The position numbers were made by a program, and so were the translations under genes. The notes beneath the pieces are model-generated. The model did no database searches and was not told the origin of the DNA. It worked only from the letters and a program-made list of their open reading frames with translations. From Candidatus Lustribacter sp. (GTDB lineage Bacteria > Vulcanimicrobiota > Vulcanimicrobiia > Vulcanimicrobiales > Vulcanimicrobiaceae): a stretch of DNA of 64,000 bases. Positions 37,741 to 46,623 of the stretch are shown piece by piece. Positions within the stretch are counted from its first letter, which is position 1. Every line of letters begins with the position of its first letter. The DNA lies in assembly GCA_965277805.1 (NCBI GenBank), contig OZ255842.1:2624001-2688000 (forward strand), in the 5' to 3' direction.

Positions 37741-40035
37741 CTACATGACCGCGGTTACCGTCAGGAGACCTTGAGCTCCGGCAGACCACTGGGTCGTGTT
37801 GAACCCGTTGTTGACCTTGATCACGTACTGATAGCCGCTCAGGTTGAGCACGCTCAGGGCGAATCCGAGGCGATGCGGCGTGGCCTTGCGGCCGATCGAT
37901 GCATCGAACGTCAGGTGCGGAAGCAACCGCCCGGTGCCGTTCTCGAACTCCACCGGATAGCCCGTCCCATAATCGGAGCCGATCGATGCGGTGTACTCGC
38001 CGTTGCGGCCAAAGCGCCACGCGTAGCCGTCCTTGATCGCGACGGCTTGATCGTGATCCTCGGGCTGCAGCGACGTATTGCTGATCGCGTCCGGTGGAAA
38101 CAGAAACGTTCCGCCCGAGATGCCGCCCGCCACCGACTGCGAGAACGTGCCTGAGAGGTACCAGTTCGCACGCGGTTGGCGGCCTTCGAGACGCAGTTCG
38201 AAGCCGTGCGCCAATCCGAGCGCGTTGTTGAATACCGCGAAGATCGGCGTCGGAAAGATCTGCGTCGTGTCGAGCACGTTCCACACGTTGCGCTGCCAGA
38301 CGTTGACGTAACCGTCGATCCCGTTGCCGAACGAGTGCGCGAGCCCGGCTTCGTAGTACGACTCGGTCTGCGGCTTGAGATCGTACACGGGCAACGCACC
38401 GGACGGCGATCCGCCGCCGGCGACGACGGCATCGCGCCGCGTGTCTTCGAGCGACGGTGCACCGTATAGCCGGCCGTAGTAGACGTGAAACGTCGTGTCC
38501 GGCGCTACGCGCAGGTTCGCGCCGATGCGCGGCTGCACTTGATTGCCCTGCACGAACCCGTTCGACTCATCATACCGTAGACCAACCTGTAGCGAGAAGG
38601 CTGCCGTCGGCGTCCATTTGTCTTGCACGTATGCGCTGTAGGCCGATCCGTGCTGCGCGGTATTATCGAAGAACGGCGGCGCACCGGCCGTGACAATCGT
38701 CTCGGCGCCGCTGAAGTTTTCGGCCGAACCTTCGAGGCCGGCTTTGAACGAATGGCTGCCGCTGTCGTGGCCGTAGACCGTGCGCAATCCGAACGATGTT
38801 GCGCGGCGATCGGAGTTCAGCCCGTCGAGCGAACACGGCGGCGCGGCGGGCGCGCAGTCGTCGTCGCTGTAATCGAGCGCCAGGATGTCGTTGGCCAGAT
38901 CGCCCGCGTACACGACGCGGCTCGAACGAAACCACGGGATGACTTGCGTGTACGCACCGCCGGGCGAGGTGTGGGTGTAGTTCGCGCTGCCGAAACTCGT
39001 GTACTCCAGCTGCACGTCGTCTTGTCCCGGGACGTTGACGATCGAATCGACCGGCGTGAGGGTGGGGTTGATCGGGATCTGATAGGTGTTGAACTGGTTG
39101 GAGTAGTTGAACGCGAGCGTGTCGTGCGGGCCCATGTTCGTGATCGTGCGCAAGAACACGTCCGAGAGGCTCGCGCCGTCGTGCACCTGCGCCTGCGTCG
39201 GCGCATCGAGTCCGCGATTGGTGCCTTGCGTGTTCGCATCGAAGAACACGTCGGTCGATCCGATGCGCGAAGCTTGCGAGAACGAGAACTGCGAGGTGCC
39301 GTACGTTCCGATCCCCGCCGAGAACGACGTCTGCGACCCGTTCGGGATGTCGATATCGCGCTTGGTCACGATGTTGATCACCGCGCCCGCGCGCTGGCCG
39401 CCGAACTCCGCCGGAAAGGCGCCGGTGAAGATCTCGAGCGAATCGATGTTGCGCGGATCGATCAGTTCCGAGAAGTTCGAACTTGTCGTGAGCGGCACCG
39501 GTGCGCCGTCGACTTCATAGCTGACGCCGTGAAAGCCGTGCGCCACCGGTTCGTCGTACGAGAACTCGACGATGCCGGGCACCGTTTCCACCAGCCGGTT
39601 GAGGCTTTGCGCCTGCGGCATCGCAGCGATGTCCGCGCTGGTAAACGTGGCCACCGACACCGGGTTACCGCCGGCACCGCGCGTCGTTGCGGCGGTGCGG
39701 CCGATCTCGGCCGGCGCGCCGATCGCGAGCGCAACGTCCGAGACTGAATCCGTCGATACGTCGACCTCGCTTTGAGCGGGCGGTTTTCCGGCGCTCTCCG
39801 CGCGCACGGTGTAGCGTCCAAAGGCGATTTGCCCGAATGTGAAGCGGCCTGCGGCGCCGGTGACGGTGGTCTCGGTCGTGCCTTCGCCGGCGATGGTCAC
39901 GCGAACGCCCGCTGCGGCCGCGCCGTCGATCGTCACGGTGCCGCGAACGGTACCGGTCACGGCGGCCAGCGCCGGCATTGCGAGCATAGGTAATACGAGC
40001 GCTGCGAGCAGCACTGCTATCTTGCGTCCGAACAT
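37741..40035 (-). CDS. TonB-dependent receptor with N-terminal carboxypeptidase-regulatory-like domain
   Basis: Signal peptide; GTVRGTVT...GRYTVRAE; plug YEVDGAPV, GAFPAEFG; barrel YVQDKW, GLRYD. Confidence 0.88.
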   Translation of the reverse strand: MFGRKIAVLLAALVLPMLAMPALAAVTGTVRGTVTIDGAAAAGVRVTIAGEGTTETTVTGAAGRFTFGQIAFGRYTVRAESAGKPPAQSEVDVSTDSVSDVALAIGAPAEIGRTAATTRGAGGNPVSVATFTSADIAAMPQAQSLNRLVETVPGIVEFSYDEPVAHGFHGVSYEVDGAPVPLTTSSNFSELIDPRNIDSLEIFTGAFPAEFGGQRAGAVINIVTKRDIDIPNGSQTSFSAGIGTYGTSQFSFSQASRIGSTDVFFDANTQGTNRGLDAPTQAQVHDGASLSDVFLRTITNMGPHDTLAFNYSNQFNTYQIPINPTLTPVDSIVNVPGQDDVQLEYTSFGSANYTHTSPGGAYTQVIPWFRSSRVVYAGDLANDILALDYSDDDCAPAAPPCSLDGLNSDRRATSFGLRTVYGHDSGSHSFKAGLEGSAENFSGAETIVTAGAPPFFDNTAQHGSAYSAYVQDKWTPTAAFSLQVGLRYDESNGFVQGNQVQPRIGANLRVAPDTTFHVYYGRLYGAPSLEDTRRDAVVAGGGSPSGALPVYDLKPQTESYYEAGLAHSFGNGIDGYVNVWQRNVWNVLDTTQIFPTPIFAVFNNALGLAHGFELRLEGRQPRANWYLSGTFSQSVAGGISGGTFLFPPDAISNTSLQPEDHDQAVAIKDGYAWRFGRNGEYTASIGSDYGTGYPVEFENGTGRLLPHLTFDASIGRKATPHRLGFALSVLNLSGYQYVIKVNNGFNTTQWSAGAQGLLTVTAVM

Positions 40036-40037
40036 CG

Positions 40038-40346
40038 TTAGCGACGGTGCTTCGGATCGGGGCGGATATCGGTTCCGGGCCAAGGCACGATCGACGTGTC
40101 GATCGTCGCGTAGATAACCTCGCCGACGTGCAGTTTGCGCAGGTCGGCGTGCCGCACGGGTTCCACTTCCATCGTCATGGCCATCGGCATCATCGGAAAC
40201 GGATCGTGGTGGATCATAAACGTGTCGCGTTTGGGATCGATCTTCACGATCGTCCCGTGAATGTGCGCGATCGTTTGCGGCGTCGTCGCCGCAATCGTCA
40301 ATGCCATACCGGCACCGGCGATCGCGTGGAAGAATTGCGTCGTCAT
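40038..40346 (-). CDS. CusF-like periplasmic Cu(I)/Ag(I)-binding protein
   Basis: Signal peptide; HHDPFPMMPMAMTM matches the CusF H...MxM site, with Met at the Trp position. Confidence 0.75.
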   Translation of the reverse strand: MTTQFFHAIAGAGMALTIAATTPQTIAHIHGTIVKIDPKRDTFMIHHDPFPMMPMAMTMEVEPVRHADLRKLHVGEVIYATIDTSIVPWPGTDIRPDPKHRR

Positions 40347-40394
40347 GTGTTCTCCGTCAGTTGTGCAATGTACGCCCCGCAGTGGGGCGTTGGA

Positions 40395-41069
40395 TCAGCG
40401 CACGAACGACGGCGGCGCGCGCAGGCCACGCCCGGTCGCGAGGACCGGAATCGCGTAGCCGAAATCGACGCGAGGCGGGAGGCGCTGCACGTGCAACGGG
40501 CCGGCGTCGGCGGCGCGTGCAACAACGGCAACGAGGGCGACGATGATCCGGCGCCCGAGCGCAAGCGCGATGCGTCCGGCAGCGATGCCGAGTGCGGTCG
40601 CGGCGAGGGCGCAGAGGACGAGCAGCGCGACGAGCATCGCACAAACGGGTAAGGCAGGCGGAGTGGAGCGTTCGAGACCCAGCATCGCTACGACCGCAGT
40701 GGCGCCGCCGATCAAGAGCACGACGGCCGTGCGGGCCGGCGGCAGGTGTGCGAGTGCCCCGGCGATCGTTCGCCGCGTCACCGCGCGATGCGGATCGCGC
40801 CACAGCATCACGATCGCCGCCAGCGTCAGGAGCGCGCTCGCGATGATGAGCGCCAGCACGATCGGGCAGATCATCATCGCGGATGGCCCCGGCGAACTCA
40901 TGTCCATGCCCGCCATGCCCGGCATCATCGGCATCGCGCCCGGCGCCATCGGGAGCGCGATCTTATCGGTACAGGTGAGGCTCGTCTGGGCGGCCAGCAG
41001 CATGGCCAGCACGGCTGATGTCAGCAACGCGACCAGCGGGATGGCCGTCCGGGGACGAGTGAGGCTCAC
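40395..41069 (-). CDS. Multi-TM Met/Cys-rich membrane protein with C-terminal RAPP motif (candidate regulatory leader)
   Basis: 4-5 hydrophobic segments, Met-rich loop, ends GRGLRAPPSFVR. Confidence 0.7.
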   Translation of the reverse strand: MSLTRPRTAIPLVALLTSAVLAMLLAAQTSLTCTDKIALPMAPGAMPMMPGMAGMDMSSPGPSAMMICPIVLALIIASALLTLAAIVMLWRDPHRAVTRRTIAGALAHLPPARTAVVLLIGGATAVVAMLGLERSTPPALPVCAMLVALLVLCALAATALGIAAGRIALALGRRIIVALVAVVARAADAGPLHVQRLPPRVDFGYAIPVLATGRGLRAPPSFVR

Positions 41070-41150
41070 CTAAATGGCATTCACGCACCGCGGTAACGAA
41101 ATCCCCCAGCCCAGGCTCGGGCCGTCGCTTCCACGAACGCGCTACGGCTG

Positions 41151-41723
41151 ATGGGGGTACCGCGGAAGCCGCCGGAACCGCCGTCGCAAGAGGCGACGGA
41201 GTTCCTAGAACGCGCGATGGAGCAGTACGGCAAGGCCACGTACAACTTCGCCTACCGCCTGACCGGGAACGAGGCCGATGCCCGCGACCTGACCCAGGAG
41301 GCGTTTATTCGCGTCTACCGTGCCTGGCGGTCGTTTGTGCCCGGCACGTCCTTCTTGTCCTGGATTTACCGGATCGTCACGAATTTGCACCGGGATGAAC
41401 TTCGGCGGCAAAAAGGACGTTTCCAGGAAGAGATACCGGAAGACAACGCGCCCCAAGAGTATGGCGGGTCCAAACCGCTCGCGGTGGACCCCGTCGAGGA
41501 TTACATGGCGGAGCAGTTGGGCGGGCCGCTGGCTAAAGCGCTCTCTCAGCTCTCCCCCGACCAGCGACAAGTCATCGTCCTCGCCGACATCGAGGAATAC
41601 AGCTATCAGGAGATTGCCGAAATCATGGGGTGCTCGATCGGAACGGTACGGTCTCGCCTGCATCGCGCTCGCGCGTTGCTCCGCCGCCTAGTCATTCGCG
41701 AACAGCAGCAAGCTCAACCATAA
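41151..41723 (+). CDS. ECF sigma factor
   Basis: DARDLTQEAF, SWIYRI, SYQEIAEIMGCSIGTVRSRLHRAR. Confidence 0.95.
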   Translation: MGVPRKPPEPPSQEATEFLERAMEQYGKATYNFAYRLTGNEADARDLTQEAFIRVYRAWRSFVPGTSFLSWIYRIVTNLHRDELRRQKGRFQEEIPEDNAPQEYGGSKPLAVDPVEDYMAEQLGGPLAKALSQLSPDQRQVIVLADIEEYSYQEIAEIMGCSIGTVRSRLHRARALLRRLVIREQQQAQP

Positions 41724-41728
41724 AAACT

Positions 41729-42241
41729 ATGCATTACAACGCCGAAACCCTTGACGATTACCTGCACGGCGCGCTCGGACCCGAACGCGACGCAACGATT
41801 CACGCTCATTTGGAAGGCTGCGCGACGTGTCGCGCGCTCTACGACGAAGGCGCCTCGGTGCGCGACTGGCTGCAGAACGCGGCCCGCGCGGAAGAGCGCG
41901 AGTTTCCTTCGATCATCAAAGCACGCGTGTGGGAACGCGTGCGCGCGATACCCGCACCGGTGTCGTTCGCCGATCGCTTGCGCGCCTTGTGGCGCCCGAT
42001 GATCGCGGTGCCGATTGCCGCCGTCCTCGCGGCCTTCGTGTACGTTGGGGTGCCCGGAATTCACGGCAGCGGTCAACCGGCCGGCGTTGCGGCGACGTAT
42101 CTGCTCGAAGAACACGCTGCTCTCGCCTCCGACAACCCGCTCGCCGATCGCGGCCTGATCGTACCCGCATCGATGGTCGACGATCGGCAAACCAGCGGCT
42201 TGATCGAAGCGACCGATACGGCGGCCGCATCCGACCGGTAG
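41729..42241 (+). CDS. Zinc-binding anti-sigma factor (ZAS), single TM
   Basis: HLEGCATC (HxxxCxxC), TM MIAVPIAAVLAAFVYVG. Confidence 0.85.
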   Translation: MHYNAETLDDYLHGALGPERDATIHAHLEGCATCRALYDEGASVRDWLQNAARAEEREFPSIIKARVWERVRAIPAPVSFADRLRALWRPMIAVPIAAVLAAFVYVGVPGIHGSGQPAGVAATYLLEEHAALASDNPLADRGLIVPASMVDDRQTSGLIEATDTAAASDR

Positions 42242-42243
42242 CG

Positions 42244-43290
42244 ATGCTTCGGCTCGCAGCGGCGCTCGCGATCGGAGCGGCGTTCATGTTGCCTATGGCC
42301 GCGCTGGCGGCGAAAAAGCCGGCCACGCCGCCGGCGCCCGACGCGAACGCGCTCGTGCGCGAAGCGCTCGAAGCGCCGCGCCACGTTTCGTACGTCGGGC
42401 AAATGCAAACGATCCGCTGGGGCACGCGTGTGGCCAACGCGACGATCCAGCGCGTCGAGCACCTCGCTCCCTCGAGCACGCGCCGCACGTTCCTCGCGCC
42501 CGAAGCGCTCTACGGCGAGTACGACATCACGCTCGGCACGACCACGACGAAGATCGATCCCAAGCAGCGCCGCGCGATGGTCTCGGAAAACCCGTCGTCC
42601 GACAACGAAATCGCGATGAACAGCAACATCGCGCTGCTGGTCGCCAACTACCGCGCAGTCATAGGTCCGGTCGAGATCGTCGCGGCGCGTCCGGCGACAA
42701 CGATTTCGCTCGTGAACCGCTACACCGGCGAACGCATGATGCGCTTGTGGATCGACAACGCCACCAAAGTCGTGCTGGCGAAAGAAGCCTACCACCAAGA
42801 CGGATCGCTGGCATGGCGCTCGCGCTTCGATGATATCCGCTTCACCGGTGAAATCCCGAACGGCATCTTCTCAACCGCGATTCCGTCCGACTTCCAGCAA
42901 GTCGAAGGCCGGCGCTTCGCCGACATCAACGACGATCTGCAGCAGACGCTCGAAGATGCCGGCTTCAAGCCGGAAAATCCGAAGTATCTCCCCGATGGTT
43001 TCCACATCATCGGCGCGGAGAACTCGATCTTCCGCGGCCTGCACAACCTGCATCTGCTCTACAGCGACGGTATTCGCACGCTCTCGCTCTTCGAGAACAA
43101 CTCCGACTCCGAACCTGATTTCGGCGACGTGAAGCCGTCGATCACCCACTTCGAAGGCCACGACGCGCAGTACGTCAAGGACGGCCCCACCACGCTCCTC
43201 ACCTGGCGCGAACACGGCCTTGCCTTCGCCCTCATCGGCGACCTCGACCTAAAAAACCTAACCGAAATAGCGATAAGCGTCGTCCCCTAA
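42244..43290 (+). CDS. RseB/MucB-like periplasmic sigma regulator
   Basis: Signal peptide; SYVG, RLWIDNATKVVL, YLPDGF, LLYSDGIRTLSLFE. Confidence 0.8.
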   Translation: MLRLAAALAIGAAFMLPMAALAAKKPATPPAPDANALVREALEAPRHVSYVGQMQTIRWGTRVANATIQRVEHLAPSSTRRTFLAPEALYGEYDITLGTTTTKIDPKQRRAMVSENPSSDNEIAMNSNIALLVANYRAVIGPVEIVAARPATTISLVNRYTGERMMRLWIDNATKVVLAKEAYHQDGSLAWRSRFDDIRFTGEIPNGIFSTAIPSDFQQVEGRRFADINDDLQQTLEDAGFKPENPKYLPDGFHIIGAENSIFRGLHNLHLLYSDGIRTLSLFENNSDSEPDFGDVKPSITHFEGHDAQYVKDGPTTLLTWREHGLAFALIGDLDLKNLTEIAISVVP

Positions 43291-43295
43291 AATTC

Positions 43296-43341
43296 TGTCA
43301 TCCTGAACGCCGCGCCCTGCGGCGCTTCGCTCGGGATGACA
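43296..43341. repeat. REP-like inverted repeat between convergent genes
   Basis: TGTCATCCTGAAC...GCTCGGGATGACA. Confidence 0.7.
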
Positions 43342-43344
43342 ATT

Positions 43345-45084
43345 TTACGATGGGGCTAAGCCGATGGCGTAGCCGTTGCGGCCGCGGTGTTTTACTTCGT
43401 AGAGGGCGGCGTCGGCGGCTTTGAGCATGTCGACCGGGTTTTCGGCGTCGATTGGGAAGACGGCGCAGCCGACGCTGATCGTGACGCGAATGTCGTGCGC
43501 GCCGGCGTGCAGCGTTTGATCGCGGATCGCGCAGAGTTTGGCGGCGAGTTCTTCGGCCTGCTTTTGTGTGTCGATCTCCGGCTGCAGCACCACGAACTCA
43601 TCGCCGCCGATGCGGCCGATCGTATCGCTATCGCGCAGCACCGAGCGCAGCCAGGACGAGACCGCGATCAGCACGGCGTCGCCCACGTGATGGCCATAGG
43701 TGTCGTTGATCGTCTTGAAGTGATCGATGTCTACGTAGTGCGCCGCGAACGAACGCCGGTGACGGCGCGCCGAGAGCAGCGTCTGTTCGAGACGGTCTTG
43801 CAGCAGCGCGCGATTGGGCAGGCCGGTCAGCGCGTCGCCGAACGCCAGCGTATCGAGCCGCTTCGTGCGTTCGCCCTGCTGGATCGCCGAACCGATCAGC
43901 ACGCCCAGCGCGCGGATGTAGTCACGATCGATCGTCGAGATATTCATCGGCTCGCCGGTTTGCACGAACGCGACCGCGCCGTAATGGCGGCCCTCGACGG
44001 CGAGCGCAACGCCGGCCAGCGAGGGCGGGTATGCCGACGGGTCGGAAAACACGAACACGTCTTCGGTCTCGAGTTCGGCGCGAATGCGCCCGCGTTCCGC
44101 ATCGTGCGGGATCTTCTCCGGCCGCGTGCCGGCGCTGAACATGATGCTGAAGCTTTCGTCATCGAAACGCGCGACGTAGGCCCACTCCGCACCCAGCTCC
44201 GCCAGGCCCGCTTCGAGGGCCGTTTTCACGCGTTCGTCCTGCGCGACGCTGGCCGCGGCGGCGATGCGGTAGAGCTCGGCGATGCGCGTCGCTTGGCGGG
44301 CCGAATTGCGCGCCGCCCGCCGCCCCTCGGTGACGTCGCGGATCATGCTGCAGAAGCCGCGTACTTCGCCGTCGATGAGCAACGGCACGCGCCGGCCGCT
44401 GATGTCGCGGGCGCTGCCGTTTTTGGTGTGGATCGGGTGCTCGAACTCCGTCGTCTCGCCGCGCAGCATCGCATCGCGCACTGCCTCGACGTCGTAGCCG
44501 GTTTCCGGGCCGAACATTGCCGGCGTTTGCCCGATCATTTCGTCGACCGTGTAGCCGGTCAGGCGCTCGCACGCGCCGTTCACGCGCAGAAACCGGCTCT
44601 CCAGATCGTGCAGCGCAAGCGCGTCGGGGTGGCTTTCGAAGAGCGAACGGAACTGCTGTTCGGAGCGCATGAACTGCCCGAGCACATCTTGGCGTTTGCG
44701 CAGATCGCGGGCAAAGCCGACGACGCCGACGATCCGGTCGTCGAGGCGCGCCGGCACGAGCCGCGTGCTAACGGGAATCGGCTGGCCGTCGGCGCCGACG
44801 AACGTGCTGGTGCCTTCCACGCTCTGGCCGTGCGTCACGCAATGCGCGAACGCCCGCGCAGCTTTCGTGGCCGCCTCGAGCGTCATGTGCTCGGCGAAAT
44901 GGCGCCCGAGCATATCGGCAGCTCGCTCGGTCCCGAGCATGGCTTTTGCCACGGCGTTTCCGGCCATGACCCGGCCCTCGAGATCGTAAATCGCGATAGC
45001 ATCCGACGACCGCCGGAACGTCTCGGGGACTCGTTCGAGCAGCTTCAGATAATCGCGGATGTCCGCCGGAACGTTATCACTCAT
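43345..45084 (-). CDS. PAS-PAS-GAF-like diguanylate cyclase
   Basis: Two PAS repeats, DALTGLPNR, RDSD I-site, GGDEF. Confidence 0.92.
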   Translation of the reverse strand: MSDNVPADIRDYLKLLERVPETFRRSSDAIAIYDLEGRVMAGNAVAKAMLGTERAADMLGRHFAEHMTLEAATKAARAFAHCVTHGQSVEGTSTFVGADGQPIPVSTRLVPARLDDRIVGVVGFARDLRKRQDVLGQFMRSEQQFRSLFESHPDALALHDLESRFLRVNGACERLTGYTVDEMIGQTPAMFGPETGYDVEAVRDAMLRGETTEFEHPIHTKNGSARDISGRRVPLLIDGEVRGFCSMIRDVTEGRRAARNSARQATRIAELYRIAAAASVAQDERVKTALEAGLAELGAEWAYVARFDDESFSIMFSAGTRPEKIPHDAERGRIRAELETEDVFVFSDPSAYPPSLAGVALAVEGRHYGAVAFVQTGEPMNISTIDRDYIRALGVLIGSAIQQGERTKRLDTLAFGDALTGLPNRALLQDRLEQTLLSARRHRRSFAAHYVDIDHFKTINDTYGHHVGDAVLIAVSSWLRSVLRDSDTIGRIGGDEFVVLQPEIDTQKQAEELAAKLCAIRDQTLHAGAHDIRVTISVGCAVFPIDAENPVDMLKAADAALYEVKHRGRNGYAIGLAPS

Positions 45085-45147
45085 AGAAGAACGGCGGTGC
45101 CTTTCGACCCCGCCGTTCTAGATATTCGGTCAGCCCGAGAAAGAACC

Positions 45148-45519
45148 TTACTGCGCGGGTGCCTGCCGAGGACCGTTTGGTTTCATGTGACGCGCTTGCG
45201 CCAACTGCGCGTGGAAGCGGGTGCGCTGATCGGGCGTGAGCACGCCTTCGATCTGCCGGCGTTCGGTCTCACGCGAGTTCTTCATGATGCCCGCGATCTG
45301 CTGTTGCTGCGCGGGAGAGAGACCGAGCCCGCGCATCGCGCGCATGTACGGATTGCGAATGCGGTGGTGACGGCCGGGTTGCTGTTGCAGCTGTTGCTGC
45401 TGTTGGACCGCCGGTGCAGATCCGGGAGCACCGGGATTGGGGAACGTTTGCGCTGATGCTGCCAGCGGCATGGCGAAGGCTGCGAGTAACGCGAGCGCTC
45501 CTAGATGATGTCGAACCAC
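45148..45519 (-). CDS. Spy/CpxP-like small periplasmic protein
   Basis: GAGGAG RBS, signal peptide, LSPAQQQQI and VLTPDQR (LTxxQ) motifs. Confidence 0.65.
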   Translation of the reverse strand: MVRHHLGALALLAAFAMPLAASAQTFPNPGAPGSAPAVQQQQQLQQQPGRHHRIRNPYMRAMRGLGLSPAQQQQIAGIMKNSRETERRQIEGVLTPDQRTRFHAQLAQARHMKPNGPRQAPAQ

Positions 45520-45578
45520 GGGATAACTCCTCGACGAAAGCGGTGTATACACCCTACGTCGGGGAGCCGCAAATCATC

Positions 45579-46187
45579 CTAAGAATGCGATGAGAGTATG
45601 CCGTTGAGCGCTGTTTGCAGCTCCGGCGGCGTGAGCTCGCCGCTGTTGACGTAACGGACAACCTTGTTGCTATCGATCATCACGATCGTCGGATAGCCGC
45701 CTTGCAGATACTCGTTGGCGATTTTCAGATCGGGATCGAACGCGATCGGATAGGTGACGTTGAGCTTCTGCACCCACTCGTTGATGTCGGCCTGATTTTC
45801 CGGCGAGCTGCCGTCGATACCGTACGGGCTGCCGGAAACGCCGATGAAGGCGACCTTGCCGGCATACTGTTTGGCGAGCGCATCGACGATCGGAACTTCG
45901 TGCTGACAGTGCGGGCACCACGACGCGAACACTTCGAGAAAGACCGGCGTGTTCACGGTCGCGAGATCGAACGGACCGGCGTTGCTCGTGATTTGGAACG
46001 TCGGCGCGGTCGAACCGACCTTGATCTTCGTCGCATCCGGGTTGACCGTCTGCGCGGCGTTCGAAATCGCACCGGTGTTGGCGAAGTGAATCGCCAGACC
46101 GGCAGCGATGACGACGATCGCGACCGTGATGTAAATCAAGGTCTTCCGGTTGAGCCAGCCGGACGGGGGTGCTGCTGCCTTACTCAT
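45579..46187 (-). CDS. TlpA/ResA-like membrane-anchored thioredoxin
   Basis: N-terminal TM, ASWCPHC, GYPT. Confidence 0.88.
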   Translation of the reverse strand: MSKAAAPPSGWLNRKTLIYITVAIVVIAAGLAIHFANTGAISNAAQTVNPDATKIKVGSTAPTFQITSNAGPFDLATVNTPVFLEVFASWCPHCQHEVPIVDALAKQYAGKVAFIGVSGSPYGIDGSSPENQADINEWVQKLNVTYPIAFDPDLKIANEYLQGGYPTIVMIDSNKVVRYVNSGELTPPELQTALNGILSSHS

Positions 46188-46623
46188 GACTCTCCATTCT
46201 CCGATCCAGGGCCAGCGCCCCGGGAGCTTTCCAGGCGATGATGACGCCCACCAGCGTCAAGCCGAGGTCGCGACCGACTTCGGGCCACGACGTCGTGGCT
46301 TTGTCGCTCGGGCCGAAGCAACCGCACGACGTGCTGATGCCGCGCATCACGGCCGATGCGATAGCGACCGAGAACAGCGCCATTTCGGCCGCGGCAAACC
46401 ACGCGGCAAAGCGCGTGAACAAACCGAGCACGAGATACGCGCCGATCATCAATTCGAGAAACGGCAACAGCAGCGCGAGCGGCGCGATCAGCGGATGCGG
46501 CAACAGTTGGAAGCCGGCGATCTCCGATGCGAATACGTCGGCATGGCCGACCTTGAGCGCGCCGGCCGCAAGAAACACCCCGCCGAGGGCGATGCGCAAG
46601 ACGAGTATCACGCGCGCGGTCAT
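46180..46623 (-). CDS. MauE/DoxX-family membrane protein
   Basis: FLAAGALK, LPFLELMIG, SCGCFG. Confidence 0.85.
   Translation of the reverse strand: MTARVILVLRIALGGVFLAAGALKVGHADVFASEIAGFQLLPHPLIAPLALLLPFLELMIGAYLVLGLFTRFAAWFAAAEMALFSVAIASAVMRGISTSCGCFGPSDKATTSWPEVGRDLGLTLVGVIIAWKAPGALALDRRMESHE

Noticed and set aside
45378-45405. CAG-type tract encoding QQQQQLQQQ
   Set aside because: Short low-complexity linker with mixed codons; not a contingency repeat
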